Source of the DNA: Geosiphon pyriformis uo1
Lineage: Eukaryota; Fungi; Glomeromycota
Direction: 5' to 3'
DNA length: 64,000 nucleotides
Assembly: GCA_016748015.1 (NCBI GenBank)
Contig: JAAOMT010000657.1
Coordinates: 525,464 to 589,463 of the forward strand
Part shown: piece after piece, positions 49,100 to 62,441 of the stretch
Position numbering within the stretch: position 1 is the first letter of the stretch
How the letters are laid out: each line of letters begins with the position of its first letter
Translations under genes and position numbers: made by a program
Notes under the pieces: model-generated
The model's input: only the letters and a program-made list of their open reading frames with translations
Database searches by the model: none
What the model was told of the DNA's origin: nothing

Positions 49100-52000
49100 A
49101 TTTATTTTATTATTTTAAGTATTTAAATTATTTTAATATATATAAACAGCAGTAGTACTTAGTTGTAGTTAGTCATATTTCATTAATTTTAATGTATATA
49201 ATAGTTTTTTTCTGCAATTAACACAAACTAATTTCAGTAAATAATATGATTAATTTTTTTAATTTAGTAAAACATAAATAAAGATTAATACTTAAGGCTT
49301 TTTTTTAGTTTTTTCTTTGTTTTTTTCTTTCTAAGTGAATAGTAATAACAATTTTGTATTAAAATTATTAATTCAAAAAATTTAATATGTTTTTAAAATT
49401 GGCTAAATTACAAACTCTTTAAATTTAATAAGAATTTATTTAGAAATAGTTGTTTTAAGTATTTATAAGTAACAAATATCTGAGTATATTATTTATTAAA
49501 TATAATTTGAAGTTTTTGTGTATTTTAATTAATAATAATATAAGTTTTAGTCAACCAATTATTTTTAACTAGTGCTTAATATTAAGTTGCTTTCATAATA
49601 AAAACTTTAATTAAGATTATAATTTTATTAATTTTAGAAAAAAAATTGTTAATCTTTCTAATTAGTGTTTTAATGTTTCTATTAGCTGTAATAATTCTGG
49701 CAGTAGCAATTTAATTAACTCAATAACTTAATTGATTTATAAGTTGTTTTATAATTATGTTATTAATTAAATTATTATTAAGTATTAGTTTAATATTTAT
49801 TTGTTCAATTTTAATATCTATATATATTGCTATAATAAATCTATTTTAATTAAAAGCAGCTTTATTAAAAAGATCAAAAGTATTTAAAATATTAATATTA
49901 AATGAAAACATAATTACAAAAGTTTTATTTTTAGTAATTATAACTGGAAAAATCATATTAAAAATAATTTAGTTGTTATTAAAAAAAATTGATAATTTTA
50001 ATCGTAGTTTTTTTTAAAAATACAGTATTATCAAAATTTTAAGTTTCAATAAAATTAAAAAATAATATTTGGTTTAAATAATCTGTTGATAGTGTTCAAA
50101 AAAAGAAATTATTGTAATTTATATTTTGAAAGAATATTAATACAGATTGAGATTAATTTTTATTATTACTTTTTTATTTTTAATTATAGTTAATGGCTTA
50201 AAATCTTAAATTACTATATTAAAAAGTCTAATATTGAGACTATACTATTACTTAAAAATATTAATAATAATTCTATAATGGTAAGAGCAGATGTTAAAGT
50301 TGTTAATACTATAAAAATAAATATTAATATTTAGTTAATTGTAAATATTATGGCTATTAATACTGGTTTTCACAATTTTAATCTGATATTTTCTTGTAAT
50401 AATCTTTAACAATATGACCAAATTTTTGATAATAGTAACAATTATGAAGATTTTGTCTTTAAAATTGTTATTGCTATTAATATTGTCATTATTGTTGATA
50501 CTTTAAGCTGTTGTTATTTTTTTTAGCATTGGAGTAATTGGTAAGTTTTTGAATTTCTGGCAAAATATTTTTCAATTTTTTGAATTAGTTTCTTACTTAA
50601 TTAAGTAAGTTTTGCATTAATATTAAAAATTTTATTTATGGCTAAATTAACAACTTAAATATGATTTGCTTTTTGTTTAATTAATTTAAAATTGTAAACA
50701 AGTATTATTATATTTTACAAACTTTTAAAATAATAAAGTCTTATTAACTAAAGTATATTACTTCTTAGCTCTTTAATAATTTAATTGAAAATTTGTTCAA
50801 AAGTATAGTAATCTCTTTTGATTACTTAAATTTGTTAAAAAATTTGATTAAATTGGCCAAAATAAATAGATATAATTTCATAATATTTTTGTTTTATTAT
50901 GCTAAATTGATTTTGTAGTCTAATAAAAATATTTAAATCACAAAAATATTGTAATAAAATGAATTTAAAAACAGCAAAATTAGTTGGTTTTTCTGATATT
51001 ATGAATTAGTTGTTTTATTTAAGAAGAAAAGTAAGACTTAAATTGTTTTTATATTATTTTAATTGTTTACTGTAATTGTTTTTTTTAGTTTTTGCAATTC
51101 AGATAAAATTTTTTCTTTTTAACCAAAAATTTTTCAAATTTAACAAAATTTTTGTAAGTCATAACAAAAATAATAAAAAGTTGTTTGGTTAATAATAATA
51201 AAAAACTAGTAAAGATATGTCTTGTTTTTTAGTTAAATTTGATATTAGTTGTTTATTTTTATTGGTTATTACAATAGATTAAAATAGTAATATTTTTTCA
51301 AAAAAAATAATTGTTAATTTAGTTAATAATTATAATAGTTGTTATTTCTAAGTAAAAGTATTTCAGAAGATAATATTTGTTACAGAAATAAGATTTTCAA
51401 ATAATATTCTGTATTTTTTTAATAATTTAGTTTAGAGATTTCTGTTGAAGTTTCAAAAATAAAAATTTTTGAAAGTTTTTAAATTTTAAGCTGTAATTTA
51501 GTAAATTAATTAAGTAATATTCTATTTTTTAAAATTTAATAATATGATAATATTATTGGTAATAAAAATTTTAATTTTTTGTTAACTGTAGATTGCAGTT
51601 TTTTTGCTTAAGTTATTATTGGGTATTGTTTTTTGTATTTGATTTGAATTTTTTAAAAGTAAGTTTAGTATTGTGATTTTTTTTTAATTGTAAATATTGA
51701 TTTTGTATATATATCTTAATTTTTTTGTTAATAAGAAAAAAAGTTTTTGCTGTTATTTTTTTGGTAATTAAAGTTAAATAAAATAATAAATTTTGGTAAA
51801 TTTGCTCTTTGAGTTTTCTAATCTTTTTAAAAGTATTAATATAAAACATTTTTAAAAAGTGAGTAATTTTTTTTGATAGTTTCAATAGTTGCTACTTTGT
51901 AATTTTTCTGAATATTCTGTCTTTGTGAATTTTATAATCTTATAAAAAGTATTAAATATTATAAGTATACTTAATAAGATAATGTTATAATATTTTGGTA

Positions 52001-53079
52001 TTTAGAATTTAATAATAGAAGTTAAATGATCTTTAAATAAATTGTGTTTAGTTGCTAATAGTTTTATTAGTCTCTAAAAATTTTTCTGTCTATAAGTTTA
52101 TTCATTGAATTTTTTTGTTATAAGATACAGAAATGTGTTTTTTATTATAGTATTGATATTATTATTGTGTTATTTTATATTAGTTAATTATAATTACTAA
52201 GATTTAACATTGTTTTTTTACTTTTCTGATAAATTAACAAGATAAAATTAATATTTAAACTTAAAATAAGTTTTTTTTATCAAGTTATTATAAAGTCTAA
52301 TTTTAAAACAGTTAATTTTTAATATTACTACTTTACAAGAAAAAAAATAAAAAAATAAAAAAATAAAAAAAAATAAAAATAAAATTAATATTTTGTTAAT
52401 TATTATAATTAAAACTAATTTAAATTATTAAAGTTTTAAAAACATTTATGCTAATTGTATCTGATTTAAAATAAAATAAATAAAACAATTAAGTAGATTT
52501 TAGCAATTAATAAATGGTTTTTTTAAAACTTGCCATAGCTTAACATACTTAATTATTCTTAAAAGACTTTGGTTTATAAAAGTTATTATTGTTGTTACCA
52601 ATACTAAACGAAATAAATCTTATTGCTTACTAAGTTATATTTGTCTAAACTGATATAATCGATCTTAATTTTCAATTTATTAAAATTATATAATTGTAAA
52701 TGAATAATAATATTTTATTTAATTGATAAAAAATATAAAAAAGATTAAAATAAAAAAGTTTTTAAACTAAAAATAAGATATTAAAAAATTTAATTCTTGT
52801 ATGATCTGTTTTTTTTGTTTGCTAAAACTACTTGTTTTTATACATATTTTTTAGTTTTATAAGATTGCTTTAAATTGTTTATTATTACTAATTATCATTT
52901 ACTATTTTTAGCTATTGTTCTATTTTTGTATATTATAACTAGTTATTTTATACTATTACTAATTATTTGCATTATTTTGCATTATTTTAAGTTATTTTAT
53001 ATTATTATATTTTTAATTTATTATATAATACTTATATTTTTTTTAATAAGTTTCTAATTAATTTTTTACTTAAATAATA
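49100..53079 (-). mobile_element. Degenerate gypsy family B element: LTR at ~52247..53079 followed by gag-like sequence
   Basis: The LTR is the reverse complement of 5727..6518; 51130-52500 is duplicated at 53150-54540. Left boundary uncertain. Confidence 0.7.
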
Positions 53080-54545
53080 ATATTTTCTTTTTTATTAAAG
53101 AATTTTTCTAACTTAGCAATGTTTTTATAGATTATAATAAAAGTAATAATAAGTTGTTTTGTTGATGATAAAAATAAAACTGATAGAGATGTGTTGAATT
53201 TTTTAGTTAAGATTAGTACTAGTTATTTTTTTTGTCTATTGTTATAATAAATTAAAACAGTAATGTTTTTTGAAAAAATGTTTATTAACTTAATTAGTTG
53301 TTATAATAGCTGTTATTTTTAAGAAAAAATATTTTTAAAAACAGTATTTATTATAAGAATAAAATTTTCAAATAAGATTCTGTATTTTTTTAATAATTTA
53401 GTTTAAAAATTTCTGTTGGCATTTCAAAAATAAAAATTTCCAGAAGTTTTTGGAATTTTTGGCTGCAAATTAATAAGTTAATTTAATAAAATTTTATTTT
53501 GTAAAGTTTGATAATAAGAAAGTATTGTTAATAAAAGAAATTTTGAATTTTTATTAATATTAAATTAAAATTTTTTTTGTATAAGCTATTGTTAAATATT
53601 GCTTTTTATGTTGAATTTTAATTCTTTAGAAATAAATTTTGAGTTATGGTTTTTTTATAATTGTAAATAATAGTTTTAAATATAAACTTTAATTTTCTTA
53701 TTTATAAGAAAAAAAGTCTTTGCTATTGTTTTTTTAGTAGTTATAATTAAGTAGAATAATAAGTTTTAGTAAATTTGTTTTTCAAGTTTTTTAATATTAA
53801 TTTTGCTTAAATAATAGTTAATCTTAATATATATATAGTAAAAAAATTATTTTTGAGAATAAATGTTTTTTTTGATATTCTTAAGTCTTTTTAAAAGTAT
53901 TAATATAAAACTTTTTTAAAAGATAAATAATCTTTTTTAATAGTTTTAATAGTTGTTACTTTGAAAGTTTTTTGGGTGTTTTGTTTTTGTGAATTTTATA
54001 ATCTTACAAAAAACACTAAATATTATAGATAAATTTGGTAGAATATAATTATAACATTTAGTGTTTGTAATTTAGTAATAGAAGCTAGATGATTTCTAAA
54101 TAAATTGGTTTTGGTTATAAAGTTTTCTATTAGTCTTTAAAAGTTTTTTTGTTTAAAATTTTATCTATTAAGTTTTTTGATTATAAGACACAGAAATATG
54201 GCTTTCATAATTGTTGTTATAGTTGTATTTTTTTATGCTTAATCATAACTACTAAAGTTTAAAATTGTCTTTTTGTTTTTTTAATAAACTAATAAAATAA
54301 AGTTAATATTTAAACCTAAAAAAAGCTTCTTTTTTTATCAGACTATCATAAAATTTAATTTTAAAACAGTCAATTTTTAATGTTGTTATTTTATTAAAGA
54401 GAGAAAAAAATGAAAAAAAATAGTATTTTATTAATTATTATAATCAAAAGCAATTAGTTTAAGTTATTAAAGTTTTAAAAACAGTTATATTAATTATATT
54501 TAATTTAAATAAAAGTAAAAGAAAACAATTAATTAGATTTTGATA
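53080..54545 (-). mobile_element. Second family B copy (partial LTR plus 5' gag), abutting the first
   Basis: Direct homology to 51130-52500 at about 2 kb offset. Confidence 0.7.
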
Positions 54546-54549
54546 ATCA

Positions 54550-55019
54550 GAATATTAAAATTATATACTTGTAAATTAAATAATAATATTTGTATATTAA
54601 ATATTAAAATAAAACACAATTTAGTTTACACTTTTTAAATTAATATATAAAAAAAAAACTATATTGTATATTAAATTAAAAATATTCTTCTTAACAAAAA
54701 CAATTACCAAAAAAATATTAAAGTCATCTTATACTAAAAAACATATCAGTTTATAAAAACACAACAAAACAATCATAAAACAATAGTTAACAATATTAAT
54801 AATTCTTAAAAACAACAAAAAAAAACATAACAATTATTTACTTAACTAAAAATTTGAATTTAAGATTAAAAACAAAGTATTATTATATTATATCAAAGCA
54901 AAAAAATAGTAGAGTAGAAAATTTGATTTAAAATAAAATAAATTATTTTATATATATAAAGTTTTTGGCAATAAAGCTTATAAATTACAGTTAAAAAAAA
55001 AATTTTTGAAGAAAACTAC
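54550..55019 (+). pseudogene. Gypsy integrase C-terminal fragment
   Basis: KFDLK*NKLFYIYKVFGNKAYKL (degenerate KFDPKWDGPF...GNGAYKL). Confidence 0.55.
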
Positions 55020-58000
55020 TGTTACTAATCGAAATTTAAAATATTAATTAGCATAAAATTATTTTTATAATTTTTATTATTAATTAGTATATATTATTAT
55101 TTCAATTTATTATTTATTATTTTATCAAATTACCTATATTATTATTTAATTAATAATTTAATTTGTATAAAACACAAATATAACCAAATTATAATAATCA
55201 AATTATATAATACACTAAACTATATAACATTAAAAATTTGCCAAAATATTTAGTAATTTGACAAAATATTCAACAGTTTACTAAAATAATTCATAATTTA
55301 CAGAAATAACTTGTAGTTTAATAAAATATATTTTTAATTTGCTAAAAAATTAAAAAAAAATGCTAAATTATAATATAGTATTACAATAAGTTGTATAAAA
55401 TAAAATCATTTTTCTTTGAAAAAATATATCTTAATTAGAATCAATCTTCTATAAAATATTTTTTCTTAGAATTATTTTTTTACAAATTAAATAAAACTTA
55501 TTTTGAAAAACATAAACTTTTTTAATTATTATTGATTTAAAATTAACCATTTTATACTAATATTTTGAAATTGATTAGCTATTAATTTTAGTAATTATTA
55601 ATAATTTTTAAATTTGAATCTGAAATAACTTTTTTAATACATTTTTTATTTTTATTTTTTAGTTATTTTTTTTTATTTTTTTTATTTTTTATTATTATTA
55701 GATAATTTACAATTAAAATTTTCTGTAAAAAAGTTGACTTTTATAACTACACATATTTTGGAAAACTTACAAACATGATTTTTTTATAAAAAAGTTGATT
55801 TTTACTACAAAGTAACTATATAAATATTTGATATAAAATTGGCTATTTTATTATAAACTCAACAATATATACAGTTTAAAGTATAAAAAAATACTTTTAA
55901 AAAAAAATTAGCTTATTAAAAGTTTATTAATTTCTATTAAATAGCAGAATTAATAACAAAACAGCATTAACAATATTAAAAAAACATAGAAAAATCTTTA
56001 ATAACATTTAGTGTTTTTTTAGAAATAATATAACAACAATTATATTAAAGTGGCAACTATATTTAACATAATAATTCTAGAGTATTATCAATTAATTTAC
56101 ATTTATTGTAAGCAACAATTTGAAATATAAAATAGAATTATAGCTTTTAAAAAAACACTTTTTTAATATATTAAAAACTGAATCAATAATTATCTCTTTG
56201 GAAATTACAATATTATTAAAATCAAAAAAAATCTGCTTAAAAACTTAATTTACTATTCAAACAAAGATCCAAAAGCTATTAGTATAAATACTTATACTAT
56301 TTATTTTGAAAAACTTAATTACAATATTATTAAATTTTGTAAAAAAAATATTCTGTTAACTTATAATTTGTTTTTAAACTTAAATTCAAATTCAAAACCA
56401 ATAACAAAAACAAAAAAAAACATTAAACTTGTTTATATAACTCTTAATACACCAAAAACAATATTCAAATACTTGTAAACACCTAAATAAAAAACAAATA
56501 TTAAACTACTACTCTTAATCATACTTTTTTTAGCTTTTTTTGCTTAAATACAAATATTTAATTTATTTTTCAACTGACTTTTAAGATTAGAAAACTTTAC
56601 CAAAAGTTTTATTCAATAATTAAAATTAATTTATATTAACACTAATTTTCTTGATTATTTAGCAAAAAATCAGAGTAAACATTCAAAAATTTTAGCCAAT
56701 GAAAAAAACGTTTCTAAATTTATTAAAAAAAAACCATAGATAATAAAAAACCAATAAAAAATAATCATTGTTTATATTGTAAAAATTTCTGATTTTTTTA
56801 GAAAAAATACTAAAACTAATTCTTAAAAGTAGTTTGACCAAGTTATTAAAGCAAAAAATGTAAATAAATAAAATACAGTAAGAATATTGCAAGTAATTTC
56901 TTATTTTCTTAAAAAAACTACAGATGAATAATTCAAAAACTTGGCCAACTCTTTTGCTAATTAACAAGCTTTTAAAACTGTTTTTCTTAAACAATTTACT
57001 AACAACAATATTTTAATTACTCTTTAAAACTATTTTTAAAATATTAAACAAAAACTATTTGAGTTTGTTATAACTTATATTGAAAAGTTTAACAAACTTT
57101 TCAAAAAAATTTGACAACTAGAAACAAATGCTTACTATATTAATGTTCAAATTCTGAATTAATTTATTGTTGGGCTCAAAAACAAACTTATTAAAAAAGT
57201 TTAATCACATATTTTAACAAATTTAATTACTATTATTTAGCATATTAAAAACTATAAAATAACAATAAAAAAAGCAAATCACACCAAACTTATTAATTTT
57301 GTAATTAAAAAAATTAGTTTAGCAGCAAAAAAAAATCAATTAATTTACCAAGAAAGTTGAAATTTATTTTGCTAATTAACAACAAAAATATCAGCCATTA
57401 CAATAAAAAAACCAAAAAAACTTATTATTATCTAACAACAACCAACTTCAACAATTGAACTGCTATTATTGTGGAATTTCAAAACACTAGAAATGTAATT
57501 GCAGAAAAATGCAAAAAAACTAACAATAATAAAATAATTAATGTTATTTTTACTACAATAGTAATTATATAATATACTATTATTTTTCTATTATTCACCA
57601 AAATTTTAACTAATTATTATTAATTTGCTCTATTACAATAATAATATTATCAATTATCTTTAGTTTAAAATTATTAATCACTAGTAAAAAAATTAATTTA
57701 ATCTAATTAATTTATATTATACAATTATTTTTTTATTAGCAATAACAAATTTAATTTTAATAATTAATTTTTATTTTTTCACAACAATCAACAGCTATTT
57801 AGATATTTTTATACTTAATCTAGTTATTTACAATACTAAAAAATCAGAATTTTTATCATACTATATTTTTAAAAAAAAAGTTGTAATACAATAGCAAAAC
57901 TTTTTTTATAATAACACTATAATCTAATTAACAAAGATTGCCAAAAATACTAACATTTTAAATATATTTTTATTCGAATTTAAAGTTAATAAATTTTTAT

Positions 58001-59626
58001 TTTTACAAAGCAATACTGCTGTTTTAAAACAAAAAGCAATTATAATAATATATACTAAAACAAAAGTTGAAGAAGAATTAATTTGCTTAATTCTAAATAA
58101 TAAATTTACCAAAAATATTATTATTTACTGATTAATACAACAATTAAAGCAAAATGTTAATATATTTGTTTAAATAGTAATTGTTACTGTCAATAATATA
58201 AAAAAGACACCAATAAGAAAAATCAACAATTTTTCATTTATTATTGATGCAATTATTATTTCAGTTAAAGTTTTGTCATAAATATATCCTAATATTAAGC
58301 TTTTGTTAAAAACAATTAGCTTCTAAAGACCAATATTAATTTAAATTAGAAAACCCAAAAATTAAAGATTTCATACCAAAAACAATATATTAGAGTATTT
58401 ACTACTTATGATACTTTTAATAAACAATTTAAAAAAGCTTCAGTTTTTAAATTCAAAAAAAAAATTTTTTTAATTATTAAAAACTTACATAATACTTAAT
58501 TTTTAATTTAATTGAATTAGAACAAAAGTTATTCAACTAATTTAAACCACAATTAATATTATGATTAAAAATTATTAACAACAATAAATAAACAAATCAA
58601 CAGTTAATATGTTTTTTATTTCAAATTACAATTAAAAAAACAGCTAGCTTATATTTTATTAAAATATAAAGATTGTAATAAAAAGTTTTTATTTATAAGA
58701 GTTTGTATTTTACTTAAAGAAAAATATAAAACTTATATATACTACTATTGTAAAACTTATTATAAAGAATAATTTGGTAGTCTTAAATAAAATAGAAAAT
58801 AGTAAATATATTTTGTCTTATATGTAGAAAATTATTATTAAAAAAATACAACTAGATTAATGTTGCAATAAAAAAAAAAATTTATGATCAAATTTGTTAA
58901 TATGCATTTTTTATTTTTAAAAAAATAAAATAAAAAATACTATTTATAGCAGCTTATAATAACACTCTTAACAAACTCTATTACTATTTCTACAATATTA
59001 AAATAATCTATAAATTAGCAATGATTTTTATCAACAAAATATTTCAAAAAGATATTTAATAAATAAAAAAAGCAGAATATATTAAATACATATAAAATTA
59101 TCTAGATTTGACTATAAAAATAAGATAGAACTTTACTATTTAATTTTTAATTATACTCTTTTAAAAAAACCCAAATTTACTATTTAAAATAAATAAATAT
59201 TCAATTTTATGAAAAATATATTATGTTTTATAATAATTAATAATGTTTTAAATATTATGTTCTTAACATACTATTACTAATTAAAGATAACCAAAATAAA
59301 ATCAAATTTAGTATACAAGAAATACAGCCAAAAATTCTAACAATTCTAATTTATTTTGCTAAAAACCAATTTGCTTTATTATTTAAATACTTTAACAACA
59401 AAAAACAAAGAATTAAAGCAGAAAAAATTTATAAAATTAATACAAAATACAATTTTTAATATTCAAAAAAAGATATTCTTATTTTAAAGCCAAAATTATT
59501 AACAAAAATCAATCTTAAATTGTTTTTGAAATTTTACCAAAAACAATAGTATAAATTGCTTTTTAATTATTATTAACAAGTAAAGAAATCAATATTAAAA
59601 GAGAAATTATTAATATAAAATATATT
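55020..59626 (+). mobile_element. Degenerate gypsy family C element: probable LTR (~55020-55748), gag with CCHC, protease, Cys-rich linker and dUTPase; cut by a LINE
   Basis: TGTTAC start; CYYCGISKH*KCNC at ~57460-57510; ICLILNNKFTKNII (from LILDSGSAGSII) at ~58080; dUTPase relic at 59400-59626. Confidence 0.72.
59400..59626 (+). pseudogene. dUTPase domain relic (motifs I-III)
   Basis: NTKYNF*Y, IAF*LLLTSKEINI and REIINIKYI revert by transitions alone to DAGYDLRY, IASRSSLASKGINV and GGVIDAGYT. Confidence 0.75.
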
Positions 59627-62441
59627 ACTTCTTTCTCTCTTTCATCCAAAAAACCCAAAGAGCACTTTTCTGAAAAAGAAGTTTTTTGTTTTATTTTTCT
59701 TGTTAGTTATCTCATTATTTTTTTACCCAATAACCCGTTTGTAGTAAGCTTGGAGACTGCTTCTGGTAGCAATATAATAAAGAAAAAGGCACTCAAAGAT
59801 GCTCTTTATGGTCCAGCTGGGGGTTTTTTCTCTCAAAAAAAAAGGTTGCTCTTGAGAATATTAAGCATTCTGGTAATGAAAAAGATGTTTCTCTGGTCAA
59901 GTCAGAGTTCAGTGATAGTATTTATTCTGATGTGAACAGCTTGTCTGGTAATGATGAGGATGTTGATATGACTGATATTGGTAGTGAACCTCTTCTGGAT
60001 TCAGCTGCTACCACTTTTAAAGTGAAGTAATTCAATACTAGTGTTAATTTTGGTTCTCCTCTCAGTTTTCCCAACTTTGTTATGAATGATGATGAAGTTA
60101 TTCTTTCCCCTTATGTTAATTTCTCTTTGGAAAAGAAGTAGATTGACTCCAAAATCACCAAAGTACAAATGAAAGTACTTGTCAAAAAATCATTTGCTTT
60201 AAACATCAATTTTTTAGCTGTAAAAAGAAAATCAGTAATAATGAAAACTCAACTCATCAGAAAATTTTTTTCAACAATCAATGATTTTGGGGGGCCACTA
60301 CTTTCTCAAAGTTTGAAGAGATTATCAGATCTATGTTTACTTCAGAGGAGAGCATGGAAAAGACTACATCATTGGCCAGAGAAAAAGGGATCAATGTAAA
60401 CAGTGATCTTAAGAAACAAGAAATTTATTCAGATTGGGCCATAGTAATCAAAAAAATTCTTATGAATATGCCAAAAGAGATGATCATTGCCACAGTATTT
60501 GAGTTTGGTGATATTAAGTTGATCAAAATTCAACTGATTGGAATGTGGCAGAAGGCTGTAGTAAAATTCACTGAATTAAAGTGGCAAAGCAACTGGCATC
60601 AAGATGATCATTCTTTATTGAAAAGGATTCAGTACATGTGGCTATAGCCATAAAAGATCAGGATACTTGGAGGTCTAAGGATCACTTTAGGACACTTTTG
60701 TTTACTTTGCCAGTGGGAACAACTGCACACAATCTTGGTACTTTTTTGAAAGGGGCTGGTGAAAAAACTTGTATGATCAATCATTCTCTGAATACTGACA
60801 ACTGGACTCACTGCATTATTATTGGTTTTGAATCTGAAAATAAGCTTGAATTTGTATTTCGCACTAAGCCAATTTTTGGTGATGTAAGACTTTCTTGGAC
60901 TAGATTGGACTTGGTTTGGTGTGAAAAGTGTGAGAAGTTTGGACACTCAGCTTTGAAATATGATGCTTTTAATACTCTGGTGTCTGCTTCTTCTAAAAAA
61001 ATCTTTAAAAAGAATGCTTCTGATGTAAATTGTCTTCAATTGGCCAGATTATATGTTAAGAAAAATGTTTTTATTTCTCGCTTTGCTGCTTTTGGTGGCA
61101 AGTCATGGGCTCAAATAGTCTCTTCTGTATCTTTTTCTGATGGTCTTCAGTTTGATTCTGGTTCTGGTTCTTTTTCTTCTGGTGCTTCAGGTTTGGGTGG
61201 TGGTTTTCCTCTTGTTCTGACCAATAATACATCTTTGGATGCTTGTTTGGCCTCTTTAGAATGTTTCTTAGAGTTCTTGGATGATCAAGTTTCTGGTATT
61301 GTGTACAAACTCAGCAGCATAGAATTGGTGTCTTTGGTCTCTCCTCCTTTTTCTGGTTATTTGGTTGCCCTAATAATTGTTAATTTGGATTTAAACTCAG
61401 ATATGGTTTTGAATGGTTCTATGGAAGTGCCTGCACCTTCCTCTGTTGTTCTAGCTCTGGGCTTCAGTAGCTCAAAAATTTTAATGACTAAGGTGGGCTG
61501 TTTGGAATCCAAGTTGGTGGTTCTTGAAGCCTTAATTGGTTCAGTTTTGGTGAAGTTAGATTAGTTGTATGCTGGCTCAGATTCTCAGGTGTCTTCTGCT
61601 TTCCAATGAGTGATTTGGTATGAAAAATTGCTACTTGCAATGTTAGAAGAATAAACAATTCTGCAAAGCAGGATGATATAATTTATTGGCACAAAGACAT
61701 GAACAATTTAGTTTCTATTTTTACAGAATCAAAGTTAAAAAGAAAGATTTGTCTCTGGATTGTCAACAAATTTGGTGATGTGTAGATATTTATCTCTGGT
61801 TTGGAATCTGGTCATCTAGGTGCTGGTGTTGTGGTTGTTATAGACTTTTCTTTGGCAAAACATATATGCAAGATTTTAGAGATGCTTGGTTGGCTCCTGT
61901 TTATTAAATTGCTTTTCAAGAATAAACTTTTAGTGTTAATTTTGGGGCTTTACACTGGTGTTTCTTCAGCAGTTCAGTTTTTTTAGGCTGACAATGTCAG
62001 CTCTCTTATTGCAAAAGCTAGTTTGGCTAAGATGCATTCGGATATTCATTTTTTCACCAATTAGGTTCTGAAAAAGGCCATCTCAGATAAGCAGTTTTTG
62101 TATTTGGCATTAGTAGTTCTCCATCTTATAGTCAGCTACAGAATACAGTTTAGCTTTGTTTCTGTCAGTGTATGCAACAAGTGAGATGCTTTAATTTATA
62201 AGAGCTCAAAGCTTAAGTCTGGTCTGTCTTTTGATTTTCCTGGTGATATGATTTACCACCCTGTTTTTTATGATTTAAAATCCTTCTTGCAAGTTCAGTT
62301 TAAGAGTAAGATTGCTTCTCTTGTTTGTTTTATGAACTCTGTTGGGATTTTGGGTTACTTATTTTCTTACAGGTCTCATAATTTGTAAGTTCTGTGTTGG
62401 CATTCTGTTCATTTGTTAAGTTCTTCTGTTTGTATTCATAT
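59627..62441 (+). mobile_element. LINE copy: 5' end, disrupted ORF1, ORF2 start with a large internal deletion near 62020
   Basis: Same 5' end as 3967; ORFs 60333..61564 are homologous to ORF1; the endonuclease stops after LIAKA and jumps to post-RT-like sequence. Confidence 0.88.

Noticed and set aside
44200-59400. Short I/K/N/F/L-rich ORFs suggesting organellar or endosymbiont DNA
   Set aside because: They overlie recognisable transition-eroded LINE and gypsy sequence; no organellar or bacterial gene motifs were seen.
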